Assembly (NCBI GenBank): GCA_963843845.1
Contig: CAWJMB010000002.1
Location: forward strand, 2,528,001-2,592,000
Source: an uncultured Gemmatimonadaceae bacterium
Lineage (GTDB): Bacteria > Gemmatimonadota > Gemmatimonadetes > Gemmatimonadales > Gemmatimonadaceae
Direction: 5' to 3'
Length of the DNA: 64,000 nucleotides
Made by a program: the position numbers and the translations under genes. The notes beneath the pieces are model-generated. The model saw only the letters and a list, made by a program, of their open reading frames with translations. It was not told where the DNA came from and searched no databases. Positions within the stretch are counted from its first letter, which is position 1. Each line of letters opens with the position of its first letter. This document shows, piece by piece, positions 35,087 through 46,474 of the stretch.

Positions 35087-36450
35087 TCACCGTCGGAACG
35101 GGGGTCGACCTCCTCCCCCATCCCGCCCGGCAGTCCCGGCAGGCCAGGCATCCGCCCGCCACCGGTCATCATCTTCATCATCTTCTGCATCTGCTTGAAC
35201 TGATCGAGCAGCTGGTTCACCTCGGTGACCGACCGCCCGGACCCCTTCGCGATGCGCAGCCGTCGCGACCCGTTCATCAGCTCAGGCTTCTTGCGCTCGG
35301 CGGGCGTCATCGAGAGCACCATCGCCTCGACGTGCTTCATCCGTTTCGGGTCGACGGCGTTGGCCTGCTTCAGCAGGGCCGAGTTCATCCCGGGGAGCAT
35401 CTTCAGGATGTTCTGCATCGGCCCGAGCTTCTGGATCTGGCGCATGGCCGTGAGGAAGTCCTCGAGGTCCATTCCCTCTTTGCGGACCTTCTTCTCGAGC
35501 CGCTTCGCCTCGTCCTGGTCGAACGTCGCCTGCGCCTTCTCGACGAGCGTGAGGATGTCACCCTGCTGCAGGATGCGCCCGGCCATGCGGTCCGGGTGGA
35601 AATCCTCGAGCGCGTCGAGCTTCTCCCCGACGCCGATGAACTTGATCGGCTTCTTCGTGATGCCGTAGATCGACAGCGCCGCACCGCCGCGAGCGTCGCC
35701 GTCCATCTTCGTGAGGATCACGCCGGTGACGCCGAGCGCATCGTCGAAGCCCTGCGCGATGCGCACGGCCTCCTGTCCGGTCATGCCGTCGGCGACGAAC
35801 AGGATCTCGGTCGGCTGCACGGCCGCCTTCAGCCGCTTCAGCTCGTCCATGAGCGTCGCGTCGATCTGCAGGCGGCCGGCGGTGTCGACGATCACGACGC
35901 GGTCGCGGGCGCTCTTGGCCTGCTCGATCCCGGCGCGTACGATCCGCACGACGTCGGTCGTCGAGCGATCGGCGTAGACCGGAACGTCGAGCTGGCGGCC
36001 CAGCGTTTCGAGCTGGTCGATCGCGGCCGGTCGGTAGACGTCGGCGGCGATGAGCCGGACCTGGCGCCCTTCGCCTTTCAGCTTCCGCGCGAGCTTGCCC
36101 GCCGACGTCGTCTTCCCCGAGCCCTGCAGACCGACCATCATGACGACGGTGGGCGGGATGGTGCTCATCTTGAGCCCTTCCTGCCGCTCGCCGAGCATCG
36201 TCGTCAGCTCGTCGTAGACGACTTTGACGAGCTGCTGCGCGGGGTTGACCCCACGGAGCTGTGCGACACCGATCGCCTTCTGCTCGACCCGCTCCAGGAA
36301 CTGGCGCGTCAGCGCGAAGTTCACGTCGGCCTCGAGGAGGACGCGACGCACTTCGCGCAGCCCTTCCTTGATGTCGGCTTCGGTGAGGACGCCGCGCCCG
36401 CGCAGGCGGGAGAACGTCGCTTCCAGTTTCTCGGTCAGCTCATCGAACAT
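35087..36450 (-). CDS. ffh: Signal recognition particle protein (1 bp indel near the 3' end)
   Basis: LLEADV, GLQGSGKTT, DTAGR, TKMDGDARGG; restoring one G in the run near 35117 gives ...MGGGGRPPFRR* with the stop at 35087. Confidence 0.95.
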
Positions 36451-36545
36451 AGCCTTCTAAGGTACCGTCACATAACATCTTGGGCAACCGGCGCGGGTCT
36501 CGCCGCGCGGTGCTTCAGTCGTCACTCCGGTTCCGACGTATCCGC

Positions 36546-39029
36546 ATGGCTCGCTCGCAGCGCAAGGACGAAATTCTCGCCTCGGAGGTCCCGCCGGTCC
36601 TCCCGCTCATGGCACTCCGCTCGACCATCGTCTACCCGCTCGGGACGATCGCCGTGCAGATGGGGGCGCCGGAGAACCTGGCGCTGCTCCGCGCGCACGA
36701 CGAGCCCGGCGTCATCGTCGCGCTCGTCGTCGCCTCGGGCGATCACGAAGATCCGCTCGAAGTCGGCAAGTTCGTCGGCCGCGTCGGCGTCGCTGCGCGG
36801 GTACACGAGCGGATCAACCTGCCCGGCGACACGGTTCAGATCACGCTGCAGGGCCTGCGGCGCATCAGGATCGACGGCATCGAGCAGGCCGAGCCCTACG
36901 CGATCGCGAAGGTGCAGCCCGCCACGGACGTCCCCGCCGACGGCGCCGAAGTCGACGACCTGGTGACGCGCGTGGCGACGGCCGCCGAGGCGCTCGCGAA
37001 CATGGTGGATCGGATCCCCGACGAGGTCCCGGCGATCCTCAAGATGAACGTGTCGGACCCGGGACGCTTCGCCGACCTCGCGGCGACGAACATGAACTTC
37101 CGCATCGCCGACAAAGACGAGGTGTTGCAGCGTCTCGACGTCGGCCAGCGCCTGCGCTTCATCCTGTCGCGCCTCGAGCGCGAGGTGGCGCGGGCGCGCG
37201 TGATGGAAGACGTCAAGCGCCAGACGGAGATCAAGATCGAGCAGCACCAGCGCGAGTTCTACCTCCGCCAGCAGCTCCGCGCGATCCAGACGGAGCTCGG
37301 CGAGACCGACCCCGGCGAGAAGGAGGCGGTCGACCTGCTGCGGCGCGTCGACGAGGCGAAGCTCCCGGAACGCGTCGGACAGGAGGCCAAGCGCGAGGTC
37401 GAGCGGCTGCGCATGCTCTCGCCCGCGTCGAGCGAGTACCAGGTCATCCGCACGTACCTCGACTGGATCCTCGCGCTGCCCTACAACACGGTCAGCGGCG
37501 ACAAGGAGATCGACCTCAAGAAGGTCGAGGAGGCGTTAGGCGAGCGGCACTACGGTCTCGACGAAGCGAAGGATCGCATCATCGAGTACCTCGCCGTGCA
37601 GAAGTTGAAGGGGGGCAATCCGAGCGGTCCGATCCTCTGTTTCGCCGGCCCGCCTGGTACCGGCAAGACGTCGCTCGGCGAGGTCATCGCGAAGGCGATC
37701 GGTCGCGAGTTCTACCGCATCTCGGTCGGCGGCGTACGCGACGAGGCAGAGGTGCGCGGCCACCGGCGCACGTACGTCGGCTCGATGCCCGGGCTGCTGA
37801 TCCAGGCGGCGCGTCGCGTGGGCGTGAAAGATCCCGTGTTCCTGATCGACGAGATCGACAAGATGTCCGGCGGCGGCCCGTCGGGCGATCCGACGGCCGC
37901 GATGCTCGAAGTGCTCGATCCATCGCAGAACTCGACGTTCACCGATCACTACCTGAACCTGCCGTTCGACCTGTCGTCGGTGCTGTTCATCTGCACGGCG
38001 AACAACGTCTTCGACATCCCGGGCCCGCTGCGCGACCGCATGGAGGTCATCCGCATCGCCGGGTACACGATCGAGGAGAAGGTCGAGATCGCGTGGCGCT
38101 ACCTGATCCCGAAGCTGCTCGACGACCACGGGCTCAGCGACAAGGACATCGTCTTCACCGACGAGGTGCTGTCGTTCGTGTCCAGCCGGTACTCGCGCGA
38201 GGCGGGGCTCCGGAACTTCAGCCGGAATGTGGCGACGCTCATGCGCAAGCGCGCACGCCGCAAGGCCGACGGCGAGGAGGGCGCGTGGGTGCTCGACCTG
38301 GCCTCCGTCGAGGAAGTGTTGGGGCCGCCGCGGTACGCCGTCGAGGAGGCGGAGAAGGAGCCGGAGATCGGCGCCGTGACGGGTCTCGCGTGGACGGCGA
38401 CCGGCGGTGATCTCATGGTGATCGAGGCGCTGCGCATGCCCGGCTCCGGGCGCCTCACCGTCACCGGCCAGCTCGGCGACGTGATGCGCGAGAGCGTCGA
38501 CGCGGCGCACTCGTTCGTGCGGTCGCGCGCCGTCCAGATCGGAGTCGACGAGCGCGAGTTCAAGGACTCGGACGTGCACATGCACTTCCCCGCCGGCGCG
38601 ATTCCGAAAGACGGTCCGTCGGCCGGCATCGCGATCACGCTGGCGATCGCCAGCGTGCTCTCACGCCGGCCGGTCCGCCGCGATCTCGCGATGACCGGGG
38701 AGGTGACGCTGCGCGGACGGGTGCTCGAGATCGGCGGCGTGAAGGAGAAGGTGCTCGCCGCGTACCGCGCCGGCCTGCGCGAGGTGATCCTCCCGAAGGG
38801 GAACGAGAAGGATCTGCGGGACGTGCCGGCCGAGGTGCGGCAGAACATGACGTTCACCTTCGCCGGCTCGATGGACGAGGTACTGCGGCTGGCGCTCCTC
38901 GAGCGGCCGATCGGGCGCGCGGATCGGGCGCCGAACGACACCGACGCGGTGTCCGACTCGCTGGAGCTCGAGATCGGGGCGAATCGGCGGACGCCGTCGG
39001 CACGCGACGAGGTCACGGTGGCCGACTGA
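36546..39029 (+). CDS. lon: ATP-dependent protease Lon
   Basis: Lon N-domain, GPPGTGKTS, GHRRTYVG, IDEIDK, PKDGPSAG catalytic Ser, GGVKEK. Confidence 0.95.
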   Translation: MARSQRKDEILASEVPPVLPLMALRSTIVYPLGTIAVQMGAPENLALLRAHDEPGVIVALVVASGDHEDPLEVGKFVGRVGVAARVHERINLPGDTVQITLQGLRRIRIDGIEQAEPYAIAKVQPATDVPADGAEVDDLVTRVATAAEALANMVDRIPDEVPAILKMNVSDPGRFADLAATNMNFRIADKDEVLQRLDVGQRLRFILSRLEREVARARVMEDVKRQTEIKIEQHQREFYLRQQLRAIQTELGETDPGEKEAVDLLRRVDEAKLPERVGQEAKREVERLRMLSPASSEYQVIRTYLDWILALPYNTVSGDKEIDLKKVEEALGERHYGLDEAKDRIIEYLAVQKLKGGNPSGPILCFAGPPGTGKTSLGEVIAKAIGREFYRISVGGVRDEAEVRGHRRTYVGSMPGLLIQAARRVGVKDPVFLIDEIDKMSGGGPSGDPTAAMLEVLDPSQNSTFTDHYLNLPFDLSSVLFICTANNVFDIPGPLRDRMEVIRIAGYTIEEKVEIAWRYLIPKLLDDHGLSDKDIVFTDEVLSFVSSRYSREAGLRNFSRNVATLMRKRARRKADGEEGAWVLDLASVEEVLGPPRYAVEEAEKEPEIGAVTGLAWTATGGDLMVIEALRMPGSGRLTVTGQLGDVMRESVDAAHSFVRSRAVQIGVDEREFKDSDVHMHFPAGAIPKDGPSAGIAITLAIASVLSRRPVRRDLAMTGEVTLRGRVLEIGGVKEKVLAAYRAGLREVILPKGNEKDLRDVPAEVRQNMTFTFAGSMDEVLRLALLERPIGRADRAPNDTDAVSDSLELEIGANRRTPSARDEVTVAD

Positions 39030-39046
39030 CCGCGGCGGGCCCGCCG

Positions 39047-40390
39047 CTAGAAGAGCCGCTGCACCGTGTAGAGCGCCAGCCCCACGAGCCCGCCGACGAC
39101 GGTCCCATTGATCCGGATGTACTGCAGGTCCTTCCCGATCTGCACTTCGATGCGGCGCGAGGTCGCGTCGGGATCCCAGCCGGCGACGGTCTGCTCGATG
39201 AGCTGCGAGACTTCCGCGCGGTACTGCTCGACGGCGAAGAGCACGGCGTCGGCGATCCAGCGGTCGACCTTCGCCATCAGCTCGGCGTCGGCGAGGATCG
39301 CGGCGCCCAACGAGACGAGGCCTCGCTCGATCGCGTCGAGCAGACTCGTTCCCTCGCCCTGCTCGGCGTAACGCGCGAGCTTCGCCTTCACGTCGCTCCA
39401 CACGGACGCGGCGTACTCGCGCACGGCGGGGTGCGTGAGCACTTCTTCCTTGATCGCCTCGGTGCGAGCGATCGTCGTCGGCGAGGTGCGGAGCCGCTCG
39501 GCGAAGGTGCGGGCGGCTTCGTCGAATCGGGCGCGCACGGGGTGCTCGGGGTTCTGCCCGATCTCGTGCAGCGTGCGCTCGAGCGCGGCGACGACCTTGT
39601 CGTGGATCCGGTCCTCCACGGCGCCCGGGACCCACCACGGCGACTCGGCCGCGATGCGGTCACGGATCATCGTCTCGTTCTCGGCGACGAACTTCGCGGC
39701 GAGACGAAGCGCTTCGTCCAGCAGCTCCTGATGCCGCCCGTCCGCCGTGAGCAACGCGACGCCGCGGCCCAACAGCGGCGCGACGTGGATCGCGCGGGCG
39801 CGCGTCACGAGGCTCCGCTCGATGAACTCCTGTACGTCGTCGTCGCGCAGCACCTGCGCCGCACCGTGCAGGCTCGCCGCGACCTGCCGGCCGACGGTGC
39901 GCGCGTGCGCCGGGTCCGAGAGCCACGTCGCGAGCTTGCGCGCGACCTGCGCCGTCTCGAGCTTCGCCCCGACGACCTCGCGCGCGAGGAAGTTGCGCTG
40001 CACGAACAGCCCGAGGCTGCGGCCGATCCGGTCCTTGCGCGCCGGCACGATCGCCGTGTGCGGAATCCGCAGCCCCAATGGATGGCGAAAGAGCGCCGTC
40101 ACCGCGAACCAGTCCGCCACCCCGCCGACGACCGATGCCTCGGCCATCGCGCGCACATAGCCGAGCCACGGGTAGCGCGGCTCGAACCAGCGCGCGACGG
40201 CGAACAGCACGGCGGCGACGACGAGCAGCCCCGTCGCGCGGCGCTGCATGACCGTGAGTTGCCTCGCCTTCTCCGCCTCGTCGGCGATCGGTGGCGGGAC
40301 GCGCGGGTCGTGCCCGGCCGCGTGGTCAGGGGTGCCGATCGGGGAGGGCTCGACGGCCCGCTCGGCCGGCGCGAGGAGCGGGGTCGTCAC
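39047..40390 (-). CDS. DUF445-family membrane protein
   Basis: AEASVVGGVADWFAVTALFRHPLG..PHTAI; GKDLQYIRINGTVVGGLVG. Confidence 0.88.
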   Translation of the reverse strand: MTTPLLAPAERAVEPSPIGTPDHAAGHDPRVPPPIADEAEKARQLTVMQRRATGLLVVAAVLFAVARWFEPRYPWLGYVRAMAEASVVGGVADWFAVTALFRHPLGLRIPHTAIVPARKDRIGRSLGLFVQRNFLAREVVGAKLETAQVARKLATWLSDPAHARTVGRQVAASLHGAAQVLRDDDVQEFIERSLVTRARAIHVAPLLGRGVALLTADGRHQELLDEALRLAAKFVAENETMIRDRIAAESPWWVPGAVEDRIHDKVVAALERTLHEIGQNPEHPVRARFDEAARTFAERLRTSPTTIARTEAIKEEVLTHPAVREYAASVWSDVKAKLARYAEQGEGTSLLDAIERGLVSLGAAILADAELMAKVDRWIADAVLFAVEQYRAEVSQLIEQTVAGWDPDATSRRIEVQIGKDLQYIRINGTVVGGLVGLALYTVQRLF

Positions 40391-41680
40391 TCGCGCAGCG
40401 TGACCTTCGCGAGGTCGATCAGTGAGCGAGACGAACCCGCCGGCGCGTCGACGTAGAGCACCGCCGAGAGACCGCCGACCTCACCGGGTTGCAGGACCAG
40501 CGCGCGGGACCGGTCCGCCGTGTACCGGCGACCGCCCCCGGGCGTCGCGTCGCTCGACACCACCGCTGCGTCCGGGTAGCGCTTCGGGATCACGGAGCCG
40601 AGTGCGTCGTAGAACGCAGCGGCGTCTTCAGCGGTGTCCCACACGGTGACCCAGGCGAACGCGTCGCCCTGGGGCGTGCGGATGACGGCGAACCGGTCCC
40701 CGCCCCAGCCGAGCGCCGCACGGGCGGCTTCGTCGAGCTCCTGCAGGTGATGGAAGAGCAGCAGGCGCGTGGCGAACTCCCCGAGCGTGTTCTGGCGGAC
40801 GATCGTACCGCCGTTCGGAGTCGGGAGGACCACCGTGCGTGGCACGTCGGGCGGGCCGCCGTTCCTCCCGAAATAGGCATCGGCGTGCAATACCTGCTCG
40901 GTCGACTGTGGCAGGCGCGTCAGGAGCGAGTCGCCGCTCCCGCGGTCGGCGAGACGGCGCGCGAACTCGGCGCCGCTGAGGTACGGAAAGAGCAGCGTCT
41001 CGCGCACGACGAACGGCGCGTCGGCGATGGCGGGCGTGCGGTCCATGTTGTCGCGGATCTGCCCGCGGATGCGCTCCCACGCGCCGGGGCCGCGCAGCGC
41101 GATGCCTAACGACGCGAACTGCGCGAACGTCGCCTCGCCTTCGAGCGCCGACTGTGCGGCGATCGCGCGGTCGCTCTGGCCCGCGATGCGCAGCGCGGAG
41201 TCGACGTCGAGATGCTGGTCTTGCAGCGCGTGGACCAGCTCGTGACGCAGCGTGGTCTCTGCCGCCGCGCTGTCGGCGCCCTCGACGATGTACAGCGTCT
41301 TCGACGGCGGGTCGTAGTAGCCGACGATCTGTTGGGCGAGCAGCCGCCCGAGCAGCGCCCGGAGATCGACGGAGTCGGGAATCAGCGCGAAGCGCTTGTA
41401 CGCGGCCTCGAGCGACGCGAGGTCGTCGCGCGCGAGCGAGTCGTTCAGCTGCCGCTCGACGTAGCCGCGCACCTGCTCGGCGGTGCGTACCTCGACCTTC
41501 GGCGGCGTGACGAACTTGAGCCCCGTCTGCTCCTCGATCTGGGGTGCGATCGCGATGGCGCGCTCGACGTACGTGCGGTAGCTCACGGGCTTCTCGCACC
41601 GCCGAGAGCCCGGCGAGCGTCGAGAGCGCGGCGAGCGTCGCGAGCGCGCCGGCGGCGATCGTCGGGCGCCTCACGGCCAC
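40387..41680 (-). CDS. Putative zincin-like (HExxH) lipoprotein (frameshift in the signal peptide)
   Basis: GYYDP, HELVHALQDQH, ALEGEA, FPYLSG, PQSTEQVLH, GWGGD; removing one base gives lipobox LSAC. Confidence 0.7.
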
Positions 41681-42879
41681 GTGACCGTCCGGCCGACCAT
41701 CCGTCCGACGACGCGTGCCACGTCGACGCCGCGGACGACCGCGCCGTCGGTCATGAGCGCGGACACGAGGTCGGCCTCGATCTCGCCGAGGGCGCGGGGT
41801 GGAGGGGGCGGCGGCGCGCCCGGATCGCCCGGCGCCGTGGCGGCGGGGCTGGGGCGCGACTTCGGCACGGCCTCGACCTTCGGCTCGGCGAAGAAGTTCT
41901 CGATCTCCGTCCCGAAGCGCTCGAGCGCGGCCATCCCGTCGCGCGCATAGCGCTCGAACCGCTCGCCGCTCGACTCGTCGTCGAACGGCACGGTCGCCTC
42001 GCGTGGCGCCGGCTCCGCCCGACGTTCACGTCGCGGCGGTGGGGGCGGTGCGGCCGCGGCCTCGCGCGCGGCGATCGCCTCGCGACGTTCGTGCAGCAGC
42101 GCCTCGGTGCGCGGCGTGTGCGTCGTCTTGCCCTGCACGTGCGCGCACGCTTCGTCGAGCGCGTCGATCGCGCGGTCCGGGCGGACGCGGTCGACGAGCC
42201 ACTCGTCCGTGAGGCGGAGGGCCGCGGTCACCGCGTCGTCGCTCAGCAGCACGCCGTGGTGGCGTTCGAGAACGCGCTGGCGCGCGCGCAGTACGTCCAT
42301 CGTCTCCTCCGACGTGAGCTCGCGCACCTCGACGCGCTGGAAGCGGCGCTCGAGCGCGGGGTCCGACATGATCCACCGATCGTACTCGTCGCTCGTCGTC
42401 GCACCGATGACGCGGAAGTCGCCGCGGGTCAGCGCCGGCTTCAGCATGTTGCCGGCGTCCATCGCCGCGCCCTGCGCCGTTCCCTGGCCGACGAGGTTGT
42501 GCAGCTCGTCGACGAACAGGATCACGTCCGGGGCGGCCGAGACCTCGGCGACGATCGCCTGCATCCGCTCCTCGTACTGACCGCGGTACATGGTGCCGCC
42601 CAGCAGCGCCATGTGGTCGAGCGAGAGGATGCGCGAGCCGCGCAGCGAGAGCGGCAGGCGGTCGGTCGCGGCGCGCTGGGCGAGCCCTTCGACGATCGCC
42701 GTCTTGCCGACGCCGGCGGCGCCGACGAGGACCGGATTGTTCTTGCCGTGGCGCAGCAAGACGTCGACGACGCGGTCGATCTCGTGGGCGCGGGCGCGGA
42801 TCGGGTCGAGGCGGCCCGCGCGCGCGGCGGCGGTCAGATCGCGCGTGAACTTGCGGAGAGCAGCTTCCTGACGCGCCAT
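41671..42879 (-). CDS. ClpA/B-like AAA+ protein consisting of NBD1 only
   Basis: [60 protein letters not shown]; no N-domain and no NBD2. Confidence 0.85.
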   Translation of the reverse strand: MARQEAALRKFTRDLTAAARAGRLDPIRARAHEIDRVVDVLLRHGKNNPVLVGAAGVGKTAIVEGLAQRAATDRLPLSLRGSRILSLDHMALLGGTMYRGQYEERMQAIVAEVSAAPDVILFVDELHNLVGQGTAQGAAMDAGNMLKPALTRGDFRVIGATTSDEYDRWIMSDPALERRFQRVEVRELTSEETMDVLRARQRVLERHHGVLLSDDAVTAALRLTDEWLVDRVRPDRAIDALDEACAHVQGKTTHTPRTEALLHERREAIAAREAAAAPPPPPRRERRAEPAPREATVPFDDESSGERFERYARDGMAALERFGTEIENFFAEPKVEAVPKSRPSPAATAPGDPGAPPPPPPRALGEIEADLVSALMTDGAVVRGVDVARVVGRMVGRTVTWP

Positions 42880-43776
42880 GGGCCGAAGCGTCACGAGTTG
42901 CAGAATGTGAGTGACGTACCAGGCGATCAGCCGCTCGCCCCAGAGGAGCGTCGCTACCGCCGCTGGTGCGAGAAACACACCGAACGGAATCTCGGTGATG
43001 TCGCGCGCGCCGTCGACCTCGGCCCCGTCGTCGACCGTACCCGACGAGACGGCGATCGTTCGGCGCCTCGCCTCGAGCACGCGCGCCGGCACGATGACGA
43101 TCGTCGCGACGATGGCGCCGATGAACGCGGCGACGAGCACGGTCAGCCCCGCGCGCTCGGGCCCGAGCGCCGCGCCGACCCCGGCCATCATGGTCACGTC
43201 CCCCTCGCCCATCGCCTCGCGCCCGAACGCCCGCTCGCCGAGCCACCGCAGAATCGCGATCGCGCCGGCGCCGGTGCACGCCCCGACGATGGCCTCGTAC
43301 GGGCCGGCGAAGCGCGACGTTTCGTTCAGGCTCGGCACGACCCAGATCGCGGTGGCGACCGCGACCTGCCAGCCGAGCAGGAAGATCGTGAAACCGTCCG
43401 GAATGACGTAGTGACGCGCGTCGGTGGCCGCGATGCCGAGCAGCACGGTACCGAAGACCGCGACGCGGAGCGCTTCGAGCGTCGGGCCGAACGCGAGCAC
43501 GGCGCCGGCCCACCCGAGTGCGACGGCGAGCTCGATGGCTGGATAGAGCGGCGAGATCGAGAGCCCGCACCCCGCGCAGCGGCCGCGGAGCAGCAGCCAG
43601 CTCACGATCGGCACGTTCTCGTACCAGCGCACGCCGCGCCCGCACTTCGGGCAGCGCGACGGCGGCCGGACGACCGACAGCCCGTCAGGCCAGCGCACGA
43701 TGCAGACGTTCAGGAACGAGCCGATCACGGCGCCGAGGGCGAACGCGAACGCGACGGGAAGCAGCGGAGGGATCAC
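42880..43776 (-). CDS. pilD: Prepilin peptidase (A24); no stop before the Clp-like gene in this sequence
   Basis: GSFLNVCIVRWP, SRCPKC, ENVPIVSW..LRGRCAGC, ATD, MGEGDV, IPFGVFL. Confidence 0.9.
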
Positions 43777-44573
43777 GACGGGGGAGTGGCGGAGCGAAGT
43801 GCGGGCGGCCGGAGCTCGTACAGCAGCACCGCCGCAGCGACCGCCGCGTTCAGCGACTCGACGATCGGCGCGATCGGCACGGCGACGAGCCGCTCGGCGC
43901 GGCGACGTGCCTCGTCGCCGAGGCCCGCCCCTTCGTTGCCGATCGCGAGCAAGAGACGACCCGGCCGGCGCGGCGCCACCACGGCGATCGCGTCGCCGTC
44001 GCCGGCCGCTCCCCACAGCGCCGTGCCCGGCTCCGCGAGCCAGACGTCGACCTCGGCCCAACTCGCCTGCGCGAGCGGCACCTGGAAGTGCGCACCCATG
44101 CCGCTCCGGACGACCTTCGCGCTCCACAGGTCCACCGTGCCCGGCATCGCCACGAGGCCGGCGGCGCCGAACGCGGCCGCGGCACGCAGGATCGTCCCGG
44201 CGTTCCCGGGGTCCTGGAGCGAGTCGAGCGCGACCACCGGCGCACCGTCGCGCGCGTGCGCCAACACGCGTGGCGCGTCCGACGCCGGCTGCGCCGCCAC
44301 GGCCAGCACCCCCTGCGGCGTCTCGGTGTCGGCGGCCGTCGCGAACTCCGCCTCGCTCACGGTGGCGACGGGGACGGCGCGCGCATCGAGCGCCGTGCGC
44401 GCCGCGCGCCCGCGCGCCGTCGCCTCGAATGCGGCGGTCACCAGCGCACCGCGAACCGGAAGCGACGACGCGAGCAGCGCCTCCACGGCGCGAATCCCCT
44501 CGGCGACGAACAGGCGCTGCCGGTCGCGCGCGCGCCGACGCCGGAGGTCTCGCGCTAACGTCAGCAGCCGCAA
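43773..44573 (-). CDS. TrmH/SpoU-family RNA methyltransferase
   Basis: FVAEG, TETPQG, QDPGNAGTILR, IGNEGAG, ESLNAAVA. Confidence 0.9.
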   Translation of the reverse strand: MRLLTLARDLRRRRARDRQRLFVAEGIRAVEALLASSLPVRGALVTAAFEATARGRAARTALDARAVPVATVSEAEFATAADTETPQGVLAVAAQPASDAPRVLAHARDGAPVVALDSLQDPGNAGTILRAAAAFGAAGLVAMPGTVDLWSAKVVRSGMGAHFQVPLAQASWAEVDVWLAEPGTALWGAAGDGDAIAVVAPRRPGRLLLAIGNEGAGLGDEARRRAERLVAVPIAPIVESLNAAVAAAVLLYELRPPALRSATPPS

Positions 44574-44696
44574 AGCCTTACCAGAATCCGCCGGTCCGGA
44601 ATGGACCTTGCTCGATGGGGCCGGGTCGGAGAGAGCTCGGCGCGATCGCGTCGGCCTGGAGCACAGACAGATCCTTCAGCGAGCATCGGAGTCATC

Positions 44697-45524
44697 ATGC
44701 GACGTGCACTCGTGAACCGCGCCACCGTCGGGGCCGCGCTGGCGTTCAGCGCCGCGGCGTGCGGAGTCTCGCAGCAGCAGGAGATCGAGATGGGCGCGCA
44801 GTACGCGCAGCAGATCAACGCGCAGCTCCCGATCATCACCGATCCGCTCGTCAATCAATACATCAACACCCTCGGGCAGCAGCTCGTGCGGGTCGCCGAC
44901 ACGCGCGGACTGGAATGGCATTTCTACGTCGTCAACAGCCCCGACGTCAACGCGTTCGCCGTCCCCGGGGGATACATCTACATCAACCGCGGGCTCATCG
45001 AGCGTGCCGAGCGCATGGACCAGGTCGCGGGCGTGCTCGGCCACGAGATCGGTCACGTGACGAACCGCCACTCGGTGAAGCAGATGGAGCAGCAGAACGG
45101 CGCGCAGATCGGTCTCACGCTCGGCTGCATCCTTCAGCCGAGCATCTGCAACAGCCAGGTCGGCGCGACGGCGATCAACCTCGGGGCGAACGCAGTCTTC
45201 GCGAAGTTCAGCCGCGGCGACGAGGCCGAAGCCGACCAGGCGGGGATTCAGTACACGACGAAGGCGGGGATCGACCCGCGCGGGATTCCGGAGATGTTCC
45301 AGATCCTGTTGAACGAGCGGCAGACGCAGCCGGGCCTGCTCGAGGCGTGGTTCCAGACGCACCCGCTCGAGGAGAACCGCATTCGCGATACGCAGACGAC
45401 GATCTCGCGCTATGCGACGACGGACCTGAACCGGCTCACCCGCGACACGCAGAACTTCCAATCGTTCAAGGCGCGGCTGCGGTCGCTGCCGGCGGCACCC
45501 CAGCAGCGGCGCACCGGGCACTGA
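44697..45524 (+). CDS. M48-family metallopeptidase lipoprotein
   Basis: Lipobox AAAC; VNAFAVPGG, GVLGHEIGHV, FSRGDEAEAD, THP. Confidence 0.9.
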   Translation: MRRALVNRATVGAALAFSAAACGVSQQQEIEMGAQYAQQINAQLPIITDPLVNQYINTLGQQLVRVADTRGLEWHFYVVNSPDVNAFAVPGGYIYINRGLIERAERMDQVAGVLGHEIGHVTNRHSVKQMEQQNGAQIGLTLGCILQPSICNSQVGATAINLGANAVFAKFSRGDEAEADQAGIQYTTKAGIDPRGIPEMFQILLNERQTQPGLLEAWFQTHPLEENRIRDTQTTISRYATTDLNRLTRDTQNFQSFKARLRSLPAAPQQRRTGH

Positions 45525-45616
45525 GCCGTGCGCCGTGCCGCACGGCGTGAGGAGGCTCGCTGCGAGCGCCGATCGCACGGCGAGCTTCCTCCCCCCGTTC
45601 GGGATGGCGACCCGAG

Positions 45617-46474
45617 CTAGAGGCGCCGGACGAACTCGCCGACCAGCGCGCGGAACTCACGTCCGACCCGCGCGCCGACGTCGAGCACCTCGGCGTGGTC
45701 GAGCGGCTGCTCGCCGATGCCGCACGCGAGGTTCGTGATGCACGAGACGCCGGCGGCACGCATGCCTAACGCATTCGCGACGATCACCTCGGGCACGGTG
45801 GACATGCCGACGGCGTCGGCGCCCAGGGCGCGGAGCATGCGGACCTCGGCCGGCGTCTCGTAGGTGGGACCCAACAGACCGGCGTAGACGCCAGACTGCA
45901 CCTCGACGCCGACCGCGCGCGCAGCCTCGTCGAGGACGCCGCGGAGCTCGCGGTCGTACGCGTTCGACATGTCGGGAAAGCGCGCGTCGGTCGGTTGCCG
46001 TGGACCGACGAGCGGGTTCCGGCCCATGAGGTTCAGATGGTCCGCGATGACCATGAGCGAGCCTGGGACGAGCGTCGGCGCGATGCCGCCGGCGGCATTG
46101 CTCACGAACAGCGTCGGCACGCCGAGCGCGTGCAGCACACGAGCCGGGAAGCCGGCGAGCGCCGCGGGGTGCCCCTCGTACAGGTGAAAGCGCCCGGCGA
46201 GCGCGACGACCTCGCGTCCCGCGAGCTGCCCGGTCAGTACCGCCCCCGCGTGCCCGACGATCGTCGCGTGCGGAAAGCCCGGCACCTCGCCGAAGGCGAT
46301 CCGCCGCGCGTCGACCAGGTCGTCGACGAGCGCGCCGAGCCCGGAGCCCAACACGATGCCGCACACGGGCTGCGCGACCCCGAGCCGTTCGCGAATGACC
46401 GCTGCCGCACGCTGCGCCGCCTCGGTGCCGTACGCCGCGGCCGCGGACGCTTCGCCGTCGAAGGCGTCGCTCAT
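45617..46474 (-). CDS. punA: Purine nucleoside phosphorylase
   Basis: IVLGSGLG, GRFHLYEG, SNAAGG, GPTYETPAE, VGMSTVPE. Confidence 0.93.
   Translation of the reverse strand: MSDAFDGEASAAAAYGTEAAQRAAAVIRERLGVAQPVCGIVLGSGLGALVDDLVDARRIAFGEVPGFPHATIVGHAGAVLTGQLAGREVVALAGRFHLYEGHPAALAGFPARVLHALGVPTLFVSNAAGGIAPTLVPGSLMVIADHLNLMGRNPLVGPRQPTDARFPDMSNAYDRELRGVLDEAARAVGVEVQSGVYAGLLGPTYETPAEVRMLRALGADAVGMSTVPEVIVANALGMRAAGVSCITNLACGIGEQPLDHAEVLDVGARVGREFRALVGEFVRRL

Noticed and set aside
34804..35120. Long C-terminal extension of Ffh overlapping rpsP
   Set aside because: Explained by one missing G in a homopolymer; correcting it restores a normal stop at 35087.
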